A stretch of DNA of 64,000 bases from Azolla caroliniana (Eukaryota; Plantae; Polypodiophyta): contig JBHGNT010000016.1 of assembly GCA_043228905.1 (NCBI GenBank), forward strand, positions 6,696,001 through 6,760,000. The letters run 5' to 3'. Below, piece after piece: positions 26,858 to 40,476 of this stretch (positions are counted from its first letter, which is position 1; the number at the start of each line of letters is the position of its first letter). The notes under the pieces are model-generated. The model was given only the letters and a program-made list of their open reading frames with translations, did no database searches and was not told the DNA's origin. The position numbers and the translations under genes were made by a program.

Positions 26858-27858
26858 TGTCGTGAAGATTTTCGGCAATGGTGTGAAAATCACATAAGAC
26901 GTACTAATTGTAAGTAAGTTTAATATTTTAGTACAAAAAGATTGAGGTCTTCAAGAGTTTTCAAATGTGCTTTACCACATAAAAAATGAACATCTAAGTG
27001 ACAAGTTATGTGGGAGTGAAGTATGAGAAGGAAGAAGAGAAAAATAAAACTGTGAGATATCCCACATAGATAGGAAATAAGAATCTCACCATATATAAGG
27101 AAGAGCAAAAGCTATTATCTTTGTGTCTATGTGTGGAGCATAGAGAGTTCAAGGTGACTTGAACTAAGCTATTGGATGAATGGGTGTGGCCTGGCTACGG
27201 AACCGGGATCCGGCGATCGAAAGGTAACCGACTTTCGGCATCCACTGGCATCATCCGGCAACCGGCAACCGGATAGATATATAAATAAATATATATATAT
27301 ATATACACATATATATACACAAGGAGGGCAAGTAAGGATTCGAACCTTGCACCTCCTAATTAAGGGTCAGTAGGCTTACCAGTGAGCCATGGCATTTAGT
27401 TGAATTTATATTTCTATCATTGTACTTTTAAATATAAATTCTCATACATGAGAGTTAAAATGAGTGACATGGTTATCATACACCACATGTAATACATGAG
27501 TGCCAAATGGCAAACATGCATTTTATGCATGTCTTGTAGCCTCACATGCATCATATGCATGAGAGCATCTATAAAAGAAAGGATGAAAAAGAAGAAGGGT
27601 TAGGCTCTTTTGGTTATGAAATTAAGAAGAAGAAAATTCGTTATCAAATTGATCGTGTAACTTGTTTCTTAAATCTAAAGATAAAAGTTCAATCAATCTC
27701 TCTCAATCCAAAGTCAAGCGTTTCATCTCAATTTCTCTCTTTCCCAATCTATCTTAAATACTTCCTCACTAAAGCTTGTACCGACTTTGAATGCTTCCGG
27801 TCCAGAACCCCGACGATTCCGCCTCACGATCCGCGCCTAGTGACGGATCTTCACGACA
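26858..27858 (+). mobile_element. Solo LTR (1001 bp)
   Basis: Perfect 12-bp terminal inverted repeat TGTCGTGAAGAT/ATCTTCACGACA. TSD CTGG/CCGA (empty site CCGG in copy 2). Confidence 0.85.
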
Positions 27859-28428
27859 CCGAATGTTTAAGGAAGTCAACAATAGATATAATAAAAAAAA
27901 TATTACCAAGTCTAGAAGATGGCTCGGGACGAAGGCAAACAAGATATGCTAAAGTCACACCATTTGGTTTGTGAAGAAGATAATGCATTGATTGGTACAT
28001 CCGAGGATGACGAGGAGGAATCCTCATTGTATATTAGCTATAATAGTGATTCTCTGTAAAGGAATGATCATGGATGTATTTTTGGCTCTCAAGTGTATCT
28101 ACCTTCCGCTTGTAACAAAATTGAGTAATATAAAAGCATGTGTTTTGAATTCTTTCGAATCCTATTAATATCGTTTCTTATAAAAAACAATGGTTGTAAA
28201 GTTTGTGATATAAATTGAGAATGTAGCTTTTCGAAAATTCACTTGTTTTATTCATTTTTAAATCACGAAAATGGTGGATTTTCTCCCTTTTTCATAGTAG
28301 ATTTGAGAATGTATGATACTAGTATCAATGTGTTTTGTATTATCACTGAAAAAGTACTAAAATTCAATGGAATATTCCTTATCCTTCCATTTATGCGCGA
28401 TCCTTCTACTTGTGAATGTGAACGTGTT

Positions 28429-29228
28429 CACCTTCAACTCGTCAACAAGGTGACAATTTGTAACCCAAGAGTTAGACTGAGTCAACAAATTCGATGAAGC
28501 TTTCACGGGAAGGCCTATCTACTCAATGAGGGATCGGTAGTCAGGGTATGACCAGTTCCAACTAGTTGTGGAAAGTAGGGATGTCATGACTATGTGAACC
28601 CCTATCCGGCTAGTACGGATGTGTCCCTTTCCATAAGGCAACACGAACTCCGTAGCCCATATGGTGAATGCAATGAACAAGGTACAAAGAGATTGCATAT
28701 TGAACATCATCATGTCATTCCTCGATGACATCCCAATAAATGGGTGCTCAAAAGTAGAAAAGGACGAGATGTTGGACGAGGATGGATGCAAGTGTATCAT
28801 GGTAGGTCACATCGCCGATTGTGAGAAGAGTTTACAAAGATTAGAAGATGCGTGATTAACCATCTTGGGAGAAGTTGGAATTCAGATAGTCAGAGATTCT
28901 CGTCGTGGGACTCTTGTGTAGGGTGTATGGATGGAAGCCTTCCCTAGCAAAGATGGACGCCATCATAGAAACGAAGATTGAATGTAAATCACAAATGGAA
29001 ATGAGGCAATTTCCTGGTACTTGCGCATTCTACCATATTTGGATCCACCCACTATGCTCACATAGCCGAGCCCTTGTATGGGCTACTCAAGAAGGGACGG
29101 AAGTTCAAATGGGAAAAAGAGCACACTGAGGCAATGAGGAGGTTAAATGAGATGTTGGTAGCAACAACAACTTTACGAAAAGCCATATACAAGGAAGGGA
29201 TGCCCATCTATGTGACGGTAGATATGAG
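28429..29228 (+). mobile_element. Gypsy RT/RNase H fragment flanking the copy 1 right TIR
   Basis: LQLVNKV, NSVAHMVNAMNKV, FLDDIPI, YGLLKKG...IYVTVD, with many stops. Confidence 0.85.
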
Positions 29229-29461
29229 TGTCCTTACAGATCACTTCACCAAAGGGGTGGTTACGGGGGTTAATGCTTCCAACACAAATATAGTTTTATC
29301 CGATTGGTTCCGGATTAACAACATGCACGGATTGATTACCCGCATAGGATATGACAGTAAGAATAGAAAGGAAAGTAAGTAGATACACAATAATCTTAAA
29401 GCCAACTTTACTTATTGTAAAGAATTGATGGCGATTCTTGTGCAGCGGAATAGGTTAGAGA

Positions 29462-29496
<35 letters not shown>

Positions 29497-31134
29497 CAGG
29501 AGAGAAACACAAGATAGATAGAATAGACGATGGAAAAATACTCAAGAAGATGTATGTTACAAAGGAGATTAACCGAGTTATTACAAAGTAAGAGGAGAGT
29601 GCTTTAAATAGTCACTCTCTCTCTTCATTAACTACCAAAGCTCATGAGTCATGGGGAATGTGGAAACTCATTAGTTATGTGTAATAGAATATGATTCTAT
29701 GACACATAGTTAATGTGTAAAGAGTAGTGGTGTGACTTTTGACCTTTGAGTGTTCATACACTCTCAAGGGTGTGTTCACGCACTAGGCTAGGTTGAGCTT
29801 GATTCTCAACATGCCCCCTCAAGCTCAACTTTGGTCGGCTTGTCCGCTTCGACTGGTACCCGATTCGAATGGCATTCGGTTCTCTTTGTTTGGTGTCCGC
29901 TTCGAATGATACCCAGTTCAGACGTACTGCCCCTCAAGCTTGGCAAGTCAGGGATCATCAATCCAAGGTCCAACATGAATTGTCGAAGCTTGTCGGCTCC
30001 TAGGGCTTTGGTGAAGATGTCGGTTGTTTGAAGATTCATGCTTATGTGTTGAAGGTCGACATCTCCAGCCTGAATGCGCTCTCGAATGAAGTGATAGTGC
30101 ACTTCGATATGCTTCATACGTGCGTGCAACACCGGCTTCCGAGCCAAATGAATGTTGCTCATGTTGTCGCAGTAAAGTGGAATCGGATCTTTGATGGGAA
30201 CATCCAGATCCTTCAATATCCTCTTGAGCCATACGGCTTCACATGCGGCCACCGTCACGCCCCTGTATTCGGCCTCTATGCTCGAAAGAGCGATGGTTGG
30301 TTGCTTCTTGCTATTCCAGGAAATGACTCCACTTCTGACGGAGAAGACAAAACCAGAGGTTGATCGTCGATCAGCTTTGTAGCCGGCCTAGTCGGCATCA
30401 GTGTGTACCCTTCGAGTCGAATTGGAGTGGCTAACTTATAGAGAATGCCATAGTCCATCGTTCCACTCACGTATCTTAGCACTCGCTTAGCACAATCTGA
30501 ATGTATATCTCGTGGAGTTTGCATGAATTGGCTAATGAGAACAATCGGAGCTCATGTCGGGTTAAGTGATCGTGAGGTAGATGAGGCTCCCAATCAATTG
30601 TCAATACTGAGCCGGCTCACACTTTGTGGTGCCAGAGTCGGCATCTAGTTTGAGGTTTTGATCGAGAGGGGTTACCACAGATTTGCAGTCGGTCATCCTG
30701 AACTTGTATAACAAGTTGAGTATGTAGTGCCGTTGAGAGATCATTACTCTGGTTGGAGTCCGGATTACCTCAATGCCAAGGAAGTAATGGAGCTCTTTCA
30801 TGTCCGTCATCTCGAATTTGCTGGAGAGGAGGGACTTGACCTTGTTGATGTTGACTAGATGCTCACCTCCAATGACTAGATCATCCACGTATAGGATGAT
30901 GATAATCGGACTTTCGGAATCGCTTCTTACATAGAGAGAATTGTCGGATTTTGACATTCGGAAGCCGATTTGATGAAGATATTGTGTTATCTTTGAGTGC
31001 CAAGCACGTGGTGCTTGCTTAAGGCCGTAGAGAGGCTTCTTGAGTCGGTAGACGGCTTTCGGATGAATATTGGATTCGAAGCCGAGTGGTTGTACCATGT
31101 ACACCTCTTCTAATTCGCCTTGAAGAAAGGCGTT
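29229..31134 (-). mobile_element. Ty1/Copia 3' fragment: RT, RNase H and 3' LTR (29229-29811)
   Basis: [61 protein letters not shown] precedes TGTTGAG. The LTR ends in ..GGACA. Confidence 0.9.
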
Positions 31135-34100
31135 GCATGGAAAATCGAGACTTGGTGTATTGGAAAAATGGTAAGATTTACTTAACTGAAACTAGAAGTC
31201 CACTTACAAAGAACTTTGGTGATGGTGGTGTCAAGGTTAAGTTTGAAGAAGCTAAAGCAAAGAAGGTTTTTGCAATGTACTACTCGACAACAACAGGAAT
31301 GCGTCTCGATGACACGCCATACCGATCATCATTCTGGGAGAAGGTTGTAAGTTCCACACAAAAGCAAAAGCTGAAGATGGAAGACCTTCGTGTTGTCGGA
31401 GATTTTGTAAGGAAAAACACTGGATGGGATATTCTAGTAAATGATATGACAGTCTATGCTCAGATGGCAGAACACCAAGAGCATGAGGTGATCGTGGAAG
31501 AAAAAAGGAATAGGCCGGATGATGAGATTGGCTAAACAAAAAGGCATGAAACAAGAGAAAGCAAAAGAAAAGAGATGGATGCAAAAGTCAAAAAAGGTAA
31601 ATCAGGTCCTTTGTTCAAATTAATGTCTGATATTGAAAAGGATACGGATTTAAAGAAAGTTTTAGAAACAAGAATACTAGATAGTTGAGTAGAATTTACA
31701 CTAAGAGAAGTGTTAGGTATTGCAAAAAAGGAATTTCATGATGAAATAATTGATATTGTGCGAAGAAAGAAGCAAGTAAATGAGCAGGTTAAAGAGACAA
31801 ATCCGAAGGTGGCATATGAAGTGGTGAGCAACAAGTCGAACAATATCATTGTTGACTCTCAACATGCATCAACCTCAATGATAAGTTCAACAGATACAAG
31901 AAGCCACTACTCTCGCAAATGTTGGGCAAGAGCCACTACTGAGCATCATGTGAAGATTTGAAATGTTCCAGACACGATGATGGCACTTATTGATCATGGT
32001 TCTGAAATAAATATAATGATTGCTGATTTTTGCAGGAAAGGTAGATGGCCAATTGATACTCAACATGGTTGGCGCATAAAAGCAGCCACATCAGTCATCG
32101 AAGATTTATTTGGTGCATGCCCAAATGTAAAGGTTACTATTGGTGATATAGAGGTAGATCAACATTTCTTTATGCAAGAAGGATCTACCTATCCGATAAT
32201 CTTGGGGCAACCATACATCACATCGGTACGAATGGAGACCAAAGTCCTCGACAATGGTTCTGCTTATGCGAAAAACCGTAGCCAAGATGGACGACGAACT
32301 ATACAGTTTATGACAGTTCACCCAAATCATGAGAGGAACAAGCAAGAGCTTTGTGATCATTAAATACCAAAAGAATGTGATGATTTTGATAATCAGGTGT
32401 TTTACTAGGACTGTTGCAAATGAGGGTTGCAATAGTCCCATTATTAAAAGACCCTCACGTAGGGCATTACAACATATGAATATGTCATTTCATGTTTCTG
32501 AAAGTGGTGTTATATGCGAGAGGAACTTGAAAAAAAATGCTAATTTGTTTCAACATGCATTGAAGGATAATGGAGTACTTGAAATAGAAGAGCACATTGA
32601 AAGTGTTATGGAAGAAATTTCATTTGCAAATACTATAGAAGAGCTAATGTATTTGAAAGAAGATGATGAGAGTGTTAGAAAGATACATGTAAACACAATT
32701 GATATGTATTATGAGATTGATAGGTATAATTGTAAATATGAAGTAGAAAGTTTATGTAATACAAAATACAAAATACAAAATACAAAACAATAGATAAAAA
32801 CGTCAAACCTGTTGCAGTACCATTACCTATTGACAGTGAAGAGAAGATGGAGGCAGCACCAATCGAGTCTATGCTTCGACCAATAGAGAATATCGGATAT
32901 CACTTCACTTGGGAGACAATAAATAACTTGAGAATCGGAGGGGGTGAATATCTTCTGCAATCAAAGCTCGCGACTTTCAAAGAAATGATCTTTAGGCATG
33001 GGAAAGCATTCACATTCAAATCTGAGGAGATTGGTTGTGTAGATCCAAAGGTGGTGACACCAATGGTAATATTTACTATCCCTCATATTCCTTAAAATTT
33101 TAAACCTATTGCAATATCGAGAGCTCGATTAGCTCAATTGTTGGAGGTACTAAAGGATAAAGTCAAGATGAAGATTTTGGAGCCTTCCAACGCACCATAT
33201 TCCAACCGATGGTTCACGGTTCCAAAGAAAGATGGTTCTCTAAGATTCATTCAAGATCTACAACTAGTCAACAAAGTCATAATCCGAAATGCAGGAATCG
33301 AACTGATCGTTGATGAATTTTTAGAAGCTTTTGGTGGGAGAGCAATTTACTCTATAGGGGACCTATATTCGGGATATGACCAATTTCAACTAGCAATTGA
33401 TAGTTGCAATATCACAACAATGAAAACACCAATTGGGTTAGTTCAGATGTGCACTCTACCTCAAGGTGCGACAAATTCAGTTGCTCATATGATGAATGCA
33501 ATGAACAAAGTTCTACATGAGTACATCCCAAAGGTAACTATGCCATTTTTAGATGATATTCCCATGAAGGGATGGCACTTAGAAAGAGAGAAAGATGAGA
33601 CTGTGGTTGGAAATGGTTGCAGAAAGTTTGTGATGGATCACATTAATGATTGTGAAAGAATTTTAAATAAGCTTGAGTAGCTACATTTGACACTATCAAG
33701 AACAAAGTTAAGCTTTGGGTAGAACGAAGTTCTGATAGTTGGTCATATGTGTGGCTAGTATGGGAGGAAGCCGTCACCGATCAAAATTAACGCAATACAA
33801 AATATGAAGGAGGTTTGTGAATCGGTAACAGAGATCCTCTCTACCAACTTTTAAGAAAAGGGAAGAAGTTTATTGGGATTGATGAACATACACAAGTTGT
33901 TCAACAATTGAAAGCGCCAGTTCTTCGTCAACCAGACTACAAAGGTGAAAGACCAATTATAGTGATAGTTGATACTAGCCCAATTGGGATTGGTTGGGCT
34001 ATCAACCAAGAAGATGAAGACCAACATTGATATGCTATCATGTTTGGAGCAAAGATATTAAATGAAAGACAAAGAAATTATGCAGAAGTTAAACGAGAAT

Positions 34101-37100
34101 TGTGGGGTTTGCTTACTGGTTTGCTTACTGCATTAAAAACAGATAGAGATTACTTGATTAAAGCAGATGTAGTGTTTGAAGCAGATTGTTTGCCACTCAT
34201 CATAATGATAGCAAGTTGCACAACACCAGATATTGCAATGCTTCAGGGGTTTGCATACATCAGAACCATGAACACAGAATTACGGTGTCATAGTGTATTT
34301 CGTACACTACTTGAAAAGCATATAAAGTACCCAATTTAATAAATATGAAGAAAACAAAGAATACATGTTACATGCATCTAGGGCAAGATTCAAACCTTGT
34401 ACCTCCATGTTTATAATGTAAAGGCTTACCATTATACTAACACATCGTAAGTGTTAAAAAGTAGATATCCCACATAGAAAGGTAAGGTCACGTATATTTT
34501 CTAGGAAAATCTACTCATAACTAGATTGCCTCAAATTCTTCCTCCTCCTAGTCCAAAAACCCGGCAGTTCCCACCGGACTCACGCAACGATCCGGCGCCG
34601 AAAGGCACGACACATTTGGTGAACCCAACATGAAGATGGGTGGCAAGGAGATGGAGAATCAACAAGAGGCGATGACCCTGATAACGATGATGCTCAACCA
34701 CATACTACAAGAACAATGCTTGATGTCAGAGATCAAATTGGCAATAGAGCGGCTTGTGCAAAGAAACAAGAAATTCAATTAGAAAGGATGTGTCATGTTA
34801 TCTATATGACTACAAGGTGGTGATGATGTGATGTGGGATACCAGAAGGATTGCAAGTGATATCCTTCAGTCGGGTGGCCATGGATGAGCTACAAGAGAGA
34901 ATCCACAAGATACGGCAACAAAACCCAGGGTGGGTGTCCTTTGAGAAAGCTCTATTGGAGAAATATGATTACGAGAGACCAAAGGGACGAGGTAAGCATG
35001 AATTTGACCAATGGGTGGCATCGTAGAAGACCCACCAAAGCGCGACACAAGCATTCCTAGAGTTTGAGTATCATTTTGCTCAACTCTCAGAGCGGGAACA
35101 ACGATTGGTGGGGGTGGATAAAGTCCTAATGTTCGTAAGATCAATCGATCGGAAAGAAAGGATGGACATTGGGATCCAACTTGAAAACAATTACAATGGA
35201 AATGGTCTCACCAAGGATTGGGACGAAGTTGAAAGAGTACGCTGAAGACATGATAAGAGGAAGATGAGAATCTTGTTGGCATCAACATGGTCCATGAGGG
35301 ATGATCGGTTGAGAACAAATGATGTGGCCGATATGAAAGCCGAAATACAATATGATGGTACTACAGGAGAGGGTGTGGAACAAGCTACCCTCTTGTCTTG
35401 CGAAAGAATGATGACCAATGATAAGGCCGATGAATTGAGAGTGGCGAACACCACTTCAAGGGTGGAAGAAGGTTTCGGACACGAGTGTCTGAAACATCGA
35501 GTGAAAAAGGGGTAAGCATAATCAAAGCTTGCACAATCGAGGAGGGCAAAGAGTGTGAAGCCTAAGCAGTTGAAGAGATAGCCATGGATAACGACATCAA
35601 GGCGAAGGTGGCTAAGGATGATTTATATTCTTATCAATAAAATACATTATACTTGTGGGATTCACAAGTTTCGATCTCTCTTTCTTATAATCTACTCATA
35701 ACTAGATTGCCTCAAATTCTTCCTCCTCCTAGTCCAAAAACCCCGCGGTTCCCACCAGACTCACGCAACGATCCGGCGTCGAAAGGCATGACAACGACAT
35801 ATAAAGGGCAAAGAGAACCCAATTGCAAATATGTTGTCAAGAGCAAGGTTCGTAAATGAAAGGGTGATGCAAGTTGAAGATAAGAATTGGGCAACTACAA
35901 GCCATCAAGTATCTATTAAGCCTCATGATGAGTTTAATGTAAGCATAATGTTTAAAGATATGGAGTATGAAGGTCAATGGTTAGACATAAAACAAAATTC
36001 TAAAGACTCAAAAAACCAACCCATCATGATCGAAGAAACAATTAAATGAATTTCGAAGACGGGCATTCAAGTTTTTTTTACATGAAGGGCATTTATGGAG
36101 GCGTCCAAAAAGGCCGACCGAAAATCCTCTTTGAATCATTTGTAAGGATGACAATAAAAGAAAATTAATTATTGAATTCCATGATAGTTTGTGGGTAGGG
36201 CATAGAGGCATATGCGCGACATTTATGAAGTTGAAAGAAAAGTATCGGTGGCCACATATGTATAAAGACGTAACGAAATCTGTGGAAACCTGTGAGGTTT
36301 GCTAGAGGTATTCAACTATTTGATATCGAGATGAGCTAAAACCAACATATTCATCATCAATGCATTATAAATGGATGGTCGATCTAGTGAGAATGCCACT
36401 TTGGGAAGGTCAAATGCGATATTTAGTACTAGCAAGAGAAGACCTTACAAACCAAGTAGAAGGAAGACCATTGGGACAAAAAACAACTAGAGCTGTATGT
36501 AAATTTTTATTAGAAGATGTAATATGTCGTTATGGGTGTGTTGGTAAAATAATTGCAGATAGAGGAAAACTTGATTCTGATGAAGCTAAAGGATTCTTCA
36601 ACCGGATAGGGGTCAACTTATCACTTACAACTGCTTATAATCTAGAAGCCAATGGAAAGATTGAAAGAGGACATAGCCCAATAGTTAAGGTGACCGTGAA
36701 AAACTACAAAGGTAAAATAAGAGATTGGCCACGCATGCTAACTTATGCACTATGGGCGGATGGAACAACGCATAGTTCGAAAATAGGATACATGCCAACT
36801 GAATTGATACTTGGCCAAAAGCCCATCATGACGGTAGAAGAATCAATTATGTCATGAATATCTATTCCATGGAGAGAAGAGGTGAGCAGAGAATAATTGC
36901 TTGCTTTCCAAATTCAACAATTAGAATGTCGACCTGAAGATATAGAATTAGCAGCCCAACGATTCAAGGAGGCTCAACTGAAGAATAAAATTCATTTTGA
37001 AAAAACTCATAGAATTGGACCTAAGAAAATAGAAGGAGATTGGGTGCTCGTGTATGATAGCAGTTTAGATAATCAACATAGCACCGTCCACAAGTTTGCT

Positions 37101-38330
37101 GAAAGATGGTTTGGGCCTTACATAGTGAAAAAAGTATATGATAACTTTACCTATAAGCTTAGTGAATTGGATGGGACACTAATCCTAAACGTGGTAGCTA
37201 GAAAGAGGATAAAAGTATTTAAGAAAAGGTTTGAGCTGGAACCTCCACCAATAGATCAACATGAAGATGAAAGATAGTGGCACATGCCAGAGGATGTGCC
37301 GGTCTAGAGGGGGTGGATGTCATGAAGTAGGAAATCTTCACATCAAAAGTGTACAATAAGATAAATACATAACTAAAATAAAAAGAATCTTATTATATGT
37401 AGAGGTGAATAAAGTAAAACACTATATTATAAGGTCAAGAGAGGATTTGAACTAACAAACTCCACCTTATGAGCCTTACATCTCACCAATTAGCCAACAT
37501 TCATGATATGCATACATAATATTACAGTATATTATATGTTGTAGATATAGAAAGAAAAACAATTGTATTACATGCACAAGAGAGGACTTGAACCCACAAT
37601 CTCAACTTCAAAAGCCTCAAAGTCTACCGCTTAGCCAATACTCAAAAACCTATTTGTTGTATCATTTGAACTTCCATTAAATAGTGTAAACATTGTAATG
37701 TACTACATGTGCAGCATATAGCACACATGCAAGAGCCTTTGTGCATGTGCGCCACATGACCCACATGCAAAACTATCCCTTTGCCATAAAAAGAGAAGGG
37801 GATGTAGTCACAAAGGGGATTAAGAAATAAGATTGAATAGAATTATATGGGATCAAGAGAGAATTATAAGTAAAAGATATATCATAATAGAGAAAGTGGG
37901 AGAGTGTAAAGGTATCTTTAAATGACAAGAGAAGAACTAGCTTGGTGGTTGTGGTCCTCAACTCACAACAGGATGGTGATGGTTCGAGTCTTATCCTCGT
38001 CAAAAGATTGAAGGGAGGATTATGGTCTACATCAAAAAAGGGAAGAGTGGTTATCTTGTGAGACAAAAATTGAAGGTTCAATGATGCTCGCAACCATTTT
38101 GTAACTCTTTCATGATAATGATTATAAATTTCCTACATTTTCTCAAATATCATTTTATATCTTATATTCCTTAAAAATCCTACCTTGTCATATCTTGTTG
38201 ATCTCTATTTACTGTATCTCTACTCTTTCGTATCTTCCGTCCATAATCCCAGTGATTCCTTCCTCACTTTCACGATATCTTTTGTCTATGCAACGTTACG
38301 CTTCTAGGCGAGCCATGCCACGCCACGACA
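31135..38330 (+). mobile_element. 5'-truncated, AT-rich Gypsy element of the same lineage as 19974-26714, with 3' LTR 37318-38330
   Basis: LIDHGSEIN protease, DLYSGYDQF/LPQGATNS/FLDDI RT, YNLEANGKIE integrase. PPT AGAGGGGGTGGA. LTR TGTCATG...CACGACA. Confidence 0.9.
34286..35793 (+). mobile_element. Internally deleted Gypsy element (LTR - Trp PBS - gag relic - partial LTR) nested in the RNase H region
   Basis: LTR 34286-34612 and PBS TGGTGAACCCAACATGAA. The LTR 3' end is repeated at ~35690-35793. TSD ACGG/ACGA. The host frame ELR/HIKGKEN is restored on removal. Confidence 0.85.
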
Positions 38331-38718
38331 ACGAACACAATTATTAGTTTTCAAATGATAGAGTTTGATGATGAAATTCAATTATAAATTCTTAGTTTTC
38401 ATATGAGAGGCTCCCAAATGTGATCATTAGGTGTATAACCAAACCAGTCAACCAAGAAATAGTTGCGCATGTAACTTTAGAATCCAAAATTATGTTCACC
38501 CTATGTTCTGGACTATCAACAAGCTCAAAAAGAGGTGGAGAGGAAACAATACAATTTGGAATGGAGCCTAAAGCATAAGATTTTGAAAGCGATGCATGGA
38601 TTCAACATTGAATGAAGACGCATATGAGGAAAGAGATCAAGACAACACCCAACTTCATTGATTTGGTTAGTGATAAAGTATGGACAAAGCTTGTTGCAGG
38701 GTGGAGTGGTCGTTGTGC

Positions 38719-39010
38719 TAGTTCTTAAGGGTCATACTTGATCCTCGACTCAAGTCTTAGATCCATCAAGACGATTGCGAAGACGATTGGTGAAATTCTT
38801 ATGTGTGGGTTGAACAATATTTAAATGATAGAAAAGAGCAATTTGAACCTCTTGTATATGAAGTAGTTCTTAAGAGTCATACATGATTTTCAACTCAAGA
38901 CTTAGGTCCATCAAGATGATAACAAAGACAATTTGTGAACTTCTTATGTGTGGCTTGAACAATATTTAAATGCTAGAAAAGAGCAATTTGAACTCCTTGT
39001 ATTTGAAGTA
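38719..39010. repeat. Diverged tandem duplication of ~145 bp
   Basis: tagttcttaag.gtcatac...gaacaatatttaaatg.tagaaaagagcaatttgaac occurs twice. Confidence 0.75.
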
Positions 39011-39499
39011 GATGATTTTTAATAGTGGTATTTTTGGAGATTTCTAAATGCTCTTGAGCATTGTCCAACAAGGATGGCATCTTATGTTGGAAATAAGGGA
39101 GTATGGACCTTAGAAGAATCTACATAATTATTATAATCAAACTCAACACAATGCAAAATGTTAATCTAATCATACTCTTGGAAGTTGATAAAATAACAAA
39201 GATGTTGCTCTAATGTTTGATTTGTACATTCGGTTTGAGTATCATTCTTTGGATGATAGCTTGAATTGAATTTCCAATCAATCTGATGGAGTCCAAGCAA
39301 GTGTTTCCAATATTTAGAGATGAATTGCAATCATCGATCATTAATGATTTTATCTGGAAGACAAGTTAGGTTTGGACTAACATGGAAACACAAGTGAATC
39401 TTCGGGTTACCATGTAACTTTGATTTATCATGGCTCCAAATCAATCTAATGTCCACAAAGTTAATGGATTAAAACAAAATTGGGTTATCAAGAGTATAG

Positions 39500-40357
39500 T
39501 TTAAATGAAATGAGGGGAGGTGCCAAGCACCTTGTATCCTCAACAAGAAGCATAACCTCTCCCAAGACGCCAATTCACAGCCTGCAAGAACAACATTAGA
39601 ACCACCCACTCTCATGGATGCATAGGGAAGAGGGAATCAAAACTTGCTCTTTTTGTGGGTTTCATTTGGAATCAATGCAACATGCCTTATGGAATTTTAT
39701 GGTTGCATGTTTTGTTTGGAAACGTATGTTGCGCCTTATTGATGTTGCGTATGGACCTAATGTGATTACATGGGGAAATGTCTTTTGGATGGATGTAAAT
39801 GGGGACAGACATAATTATGAAAGGGAAAAGATATTGTTTACCCTTTAAACTAGGCAAAGGCAAGTTAAGGACATACCATATTCAAGCTCAAATCGGTTGA
39901 ATGTGGATGCCACAGTATGAGCTACGATATCATCAGTGGTTCTGTGGAATATTTGGATAGATTGACGCAAAAATGTGTTTCAGCAAATAAAGCAAAATCA
40001 TGTTCATTGTGTGAAGGAAATGTGGTCAATGCTTATTTCAATTTTAACCGGTAAATATGACTCCTTTAATGGTAATGAAGATACCATTTTTTTGAAACAA
40101 CAATCCTTTAAAGGCAAGTGGAAGGGTTTGTTCGTCTTTGTGGAGAGAAATGACAAAATGGTTTGGCAATATGTACCCCCTCATGGTTATTTCCTCCATG
40201 GGTGGAGTTTGGTTTCAATTATGTCATAGTAGGGGAATACTATTTCTCTATTATCTTACCCTCCACTAGATTGTATCATTATATGCTTTGTATACACTTA
40301 TTGGATTGGTAATGGAAACTATGGTGTAGTTTTGTTTAATAATAATAATAATAATAA
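39500..40357 (+). pseudogene. L1-like LINE 3' remnant with (AAT)n tail
   Basis: zf-RVT motif CSFCGFHLESMQHALW, with (AAT)n at ~40339-40357. Confidence 0.7.
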
Positions 40358-40404
40358 GTATAGTTTAAATGAAGAAGATCGATGTAATGAGAAAGGCTAA
40401 TGAT

Positions 40405-40476
40405 CACTCCAAGGAAGGATTGAACCTCTAATGTTATGGTTAATAATCATATGCTCAAACCAATTTAGATATAGGC
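40405..40476 (-). pseudogene. Degenerate tRNA-Asn-like relic
   Basis: The reverse complement (..ggtttgagcatatgattattaaccataacattagaggttcaatccttcc..) aligns with recalled plant tRNA-Asn(GTT), mostly through C>T/G>A changes. Confidence 0.5.

Larger units (their letters stand above)
17616..28059 (+). pseudogene. Disrupted DDD transposase of copy 1 (segments 17616-19973, 26715-26857, 27859-28059)
   Basis: QLDNTTRENKN and FLLVGHTHDHIDKMFS motifs. Contains stops and frameshifts. The reading continues across both insertions and matches copy 2 (..NAFT/..KYTLEM..DFTLTKAG/..LRKSTIDIIK). Confidence 0.85.
17257..28428 (+). mobile_element. Sola-like DNA transposon, copy 1 (5'-truncated, two nested LTR insertions)
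   Basis: Colinear with ~57620-61032. Right TIR at 28393-28428 (ATGCGCGATCCTTCTACTTGTGAATGTGAACGTGTT). No left TIR or MTase arm found. Confidence 0.85.
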
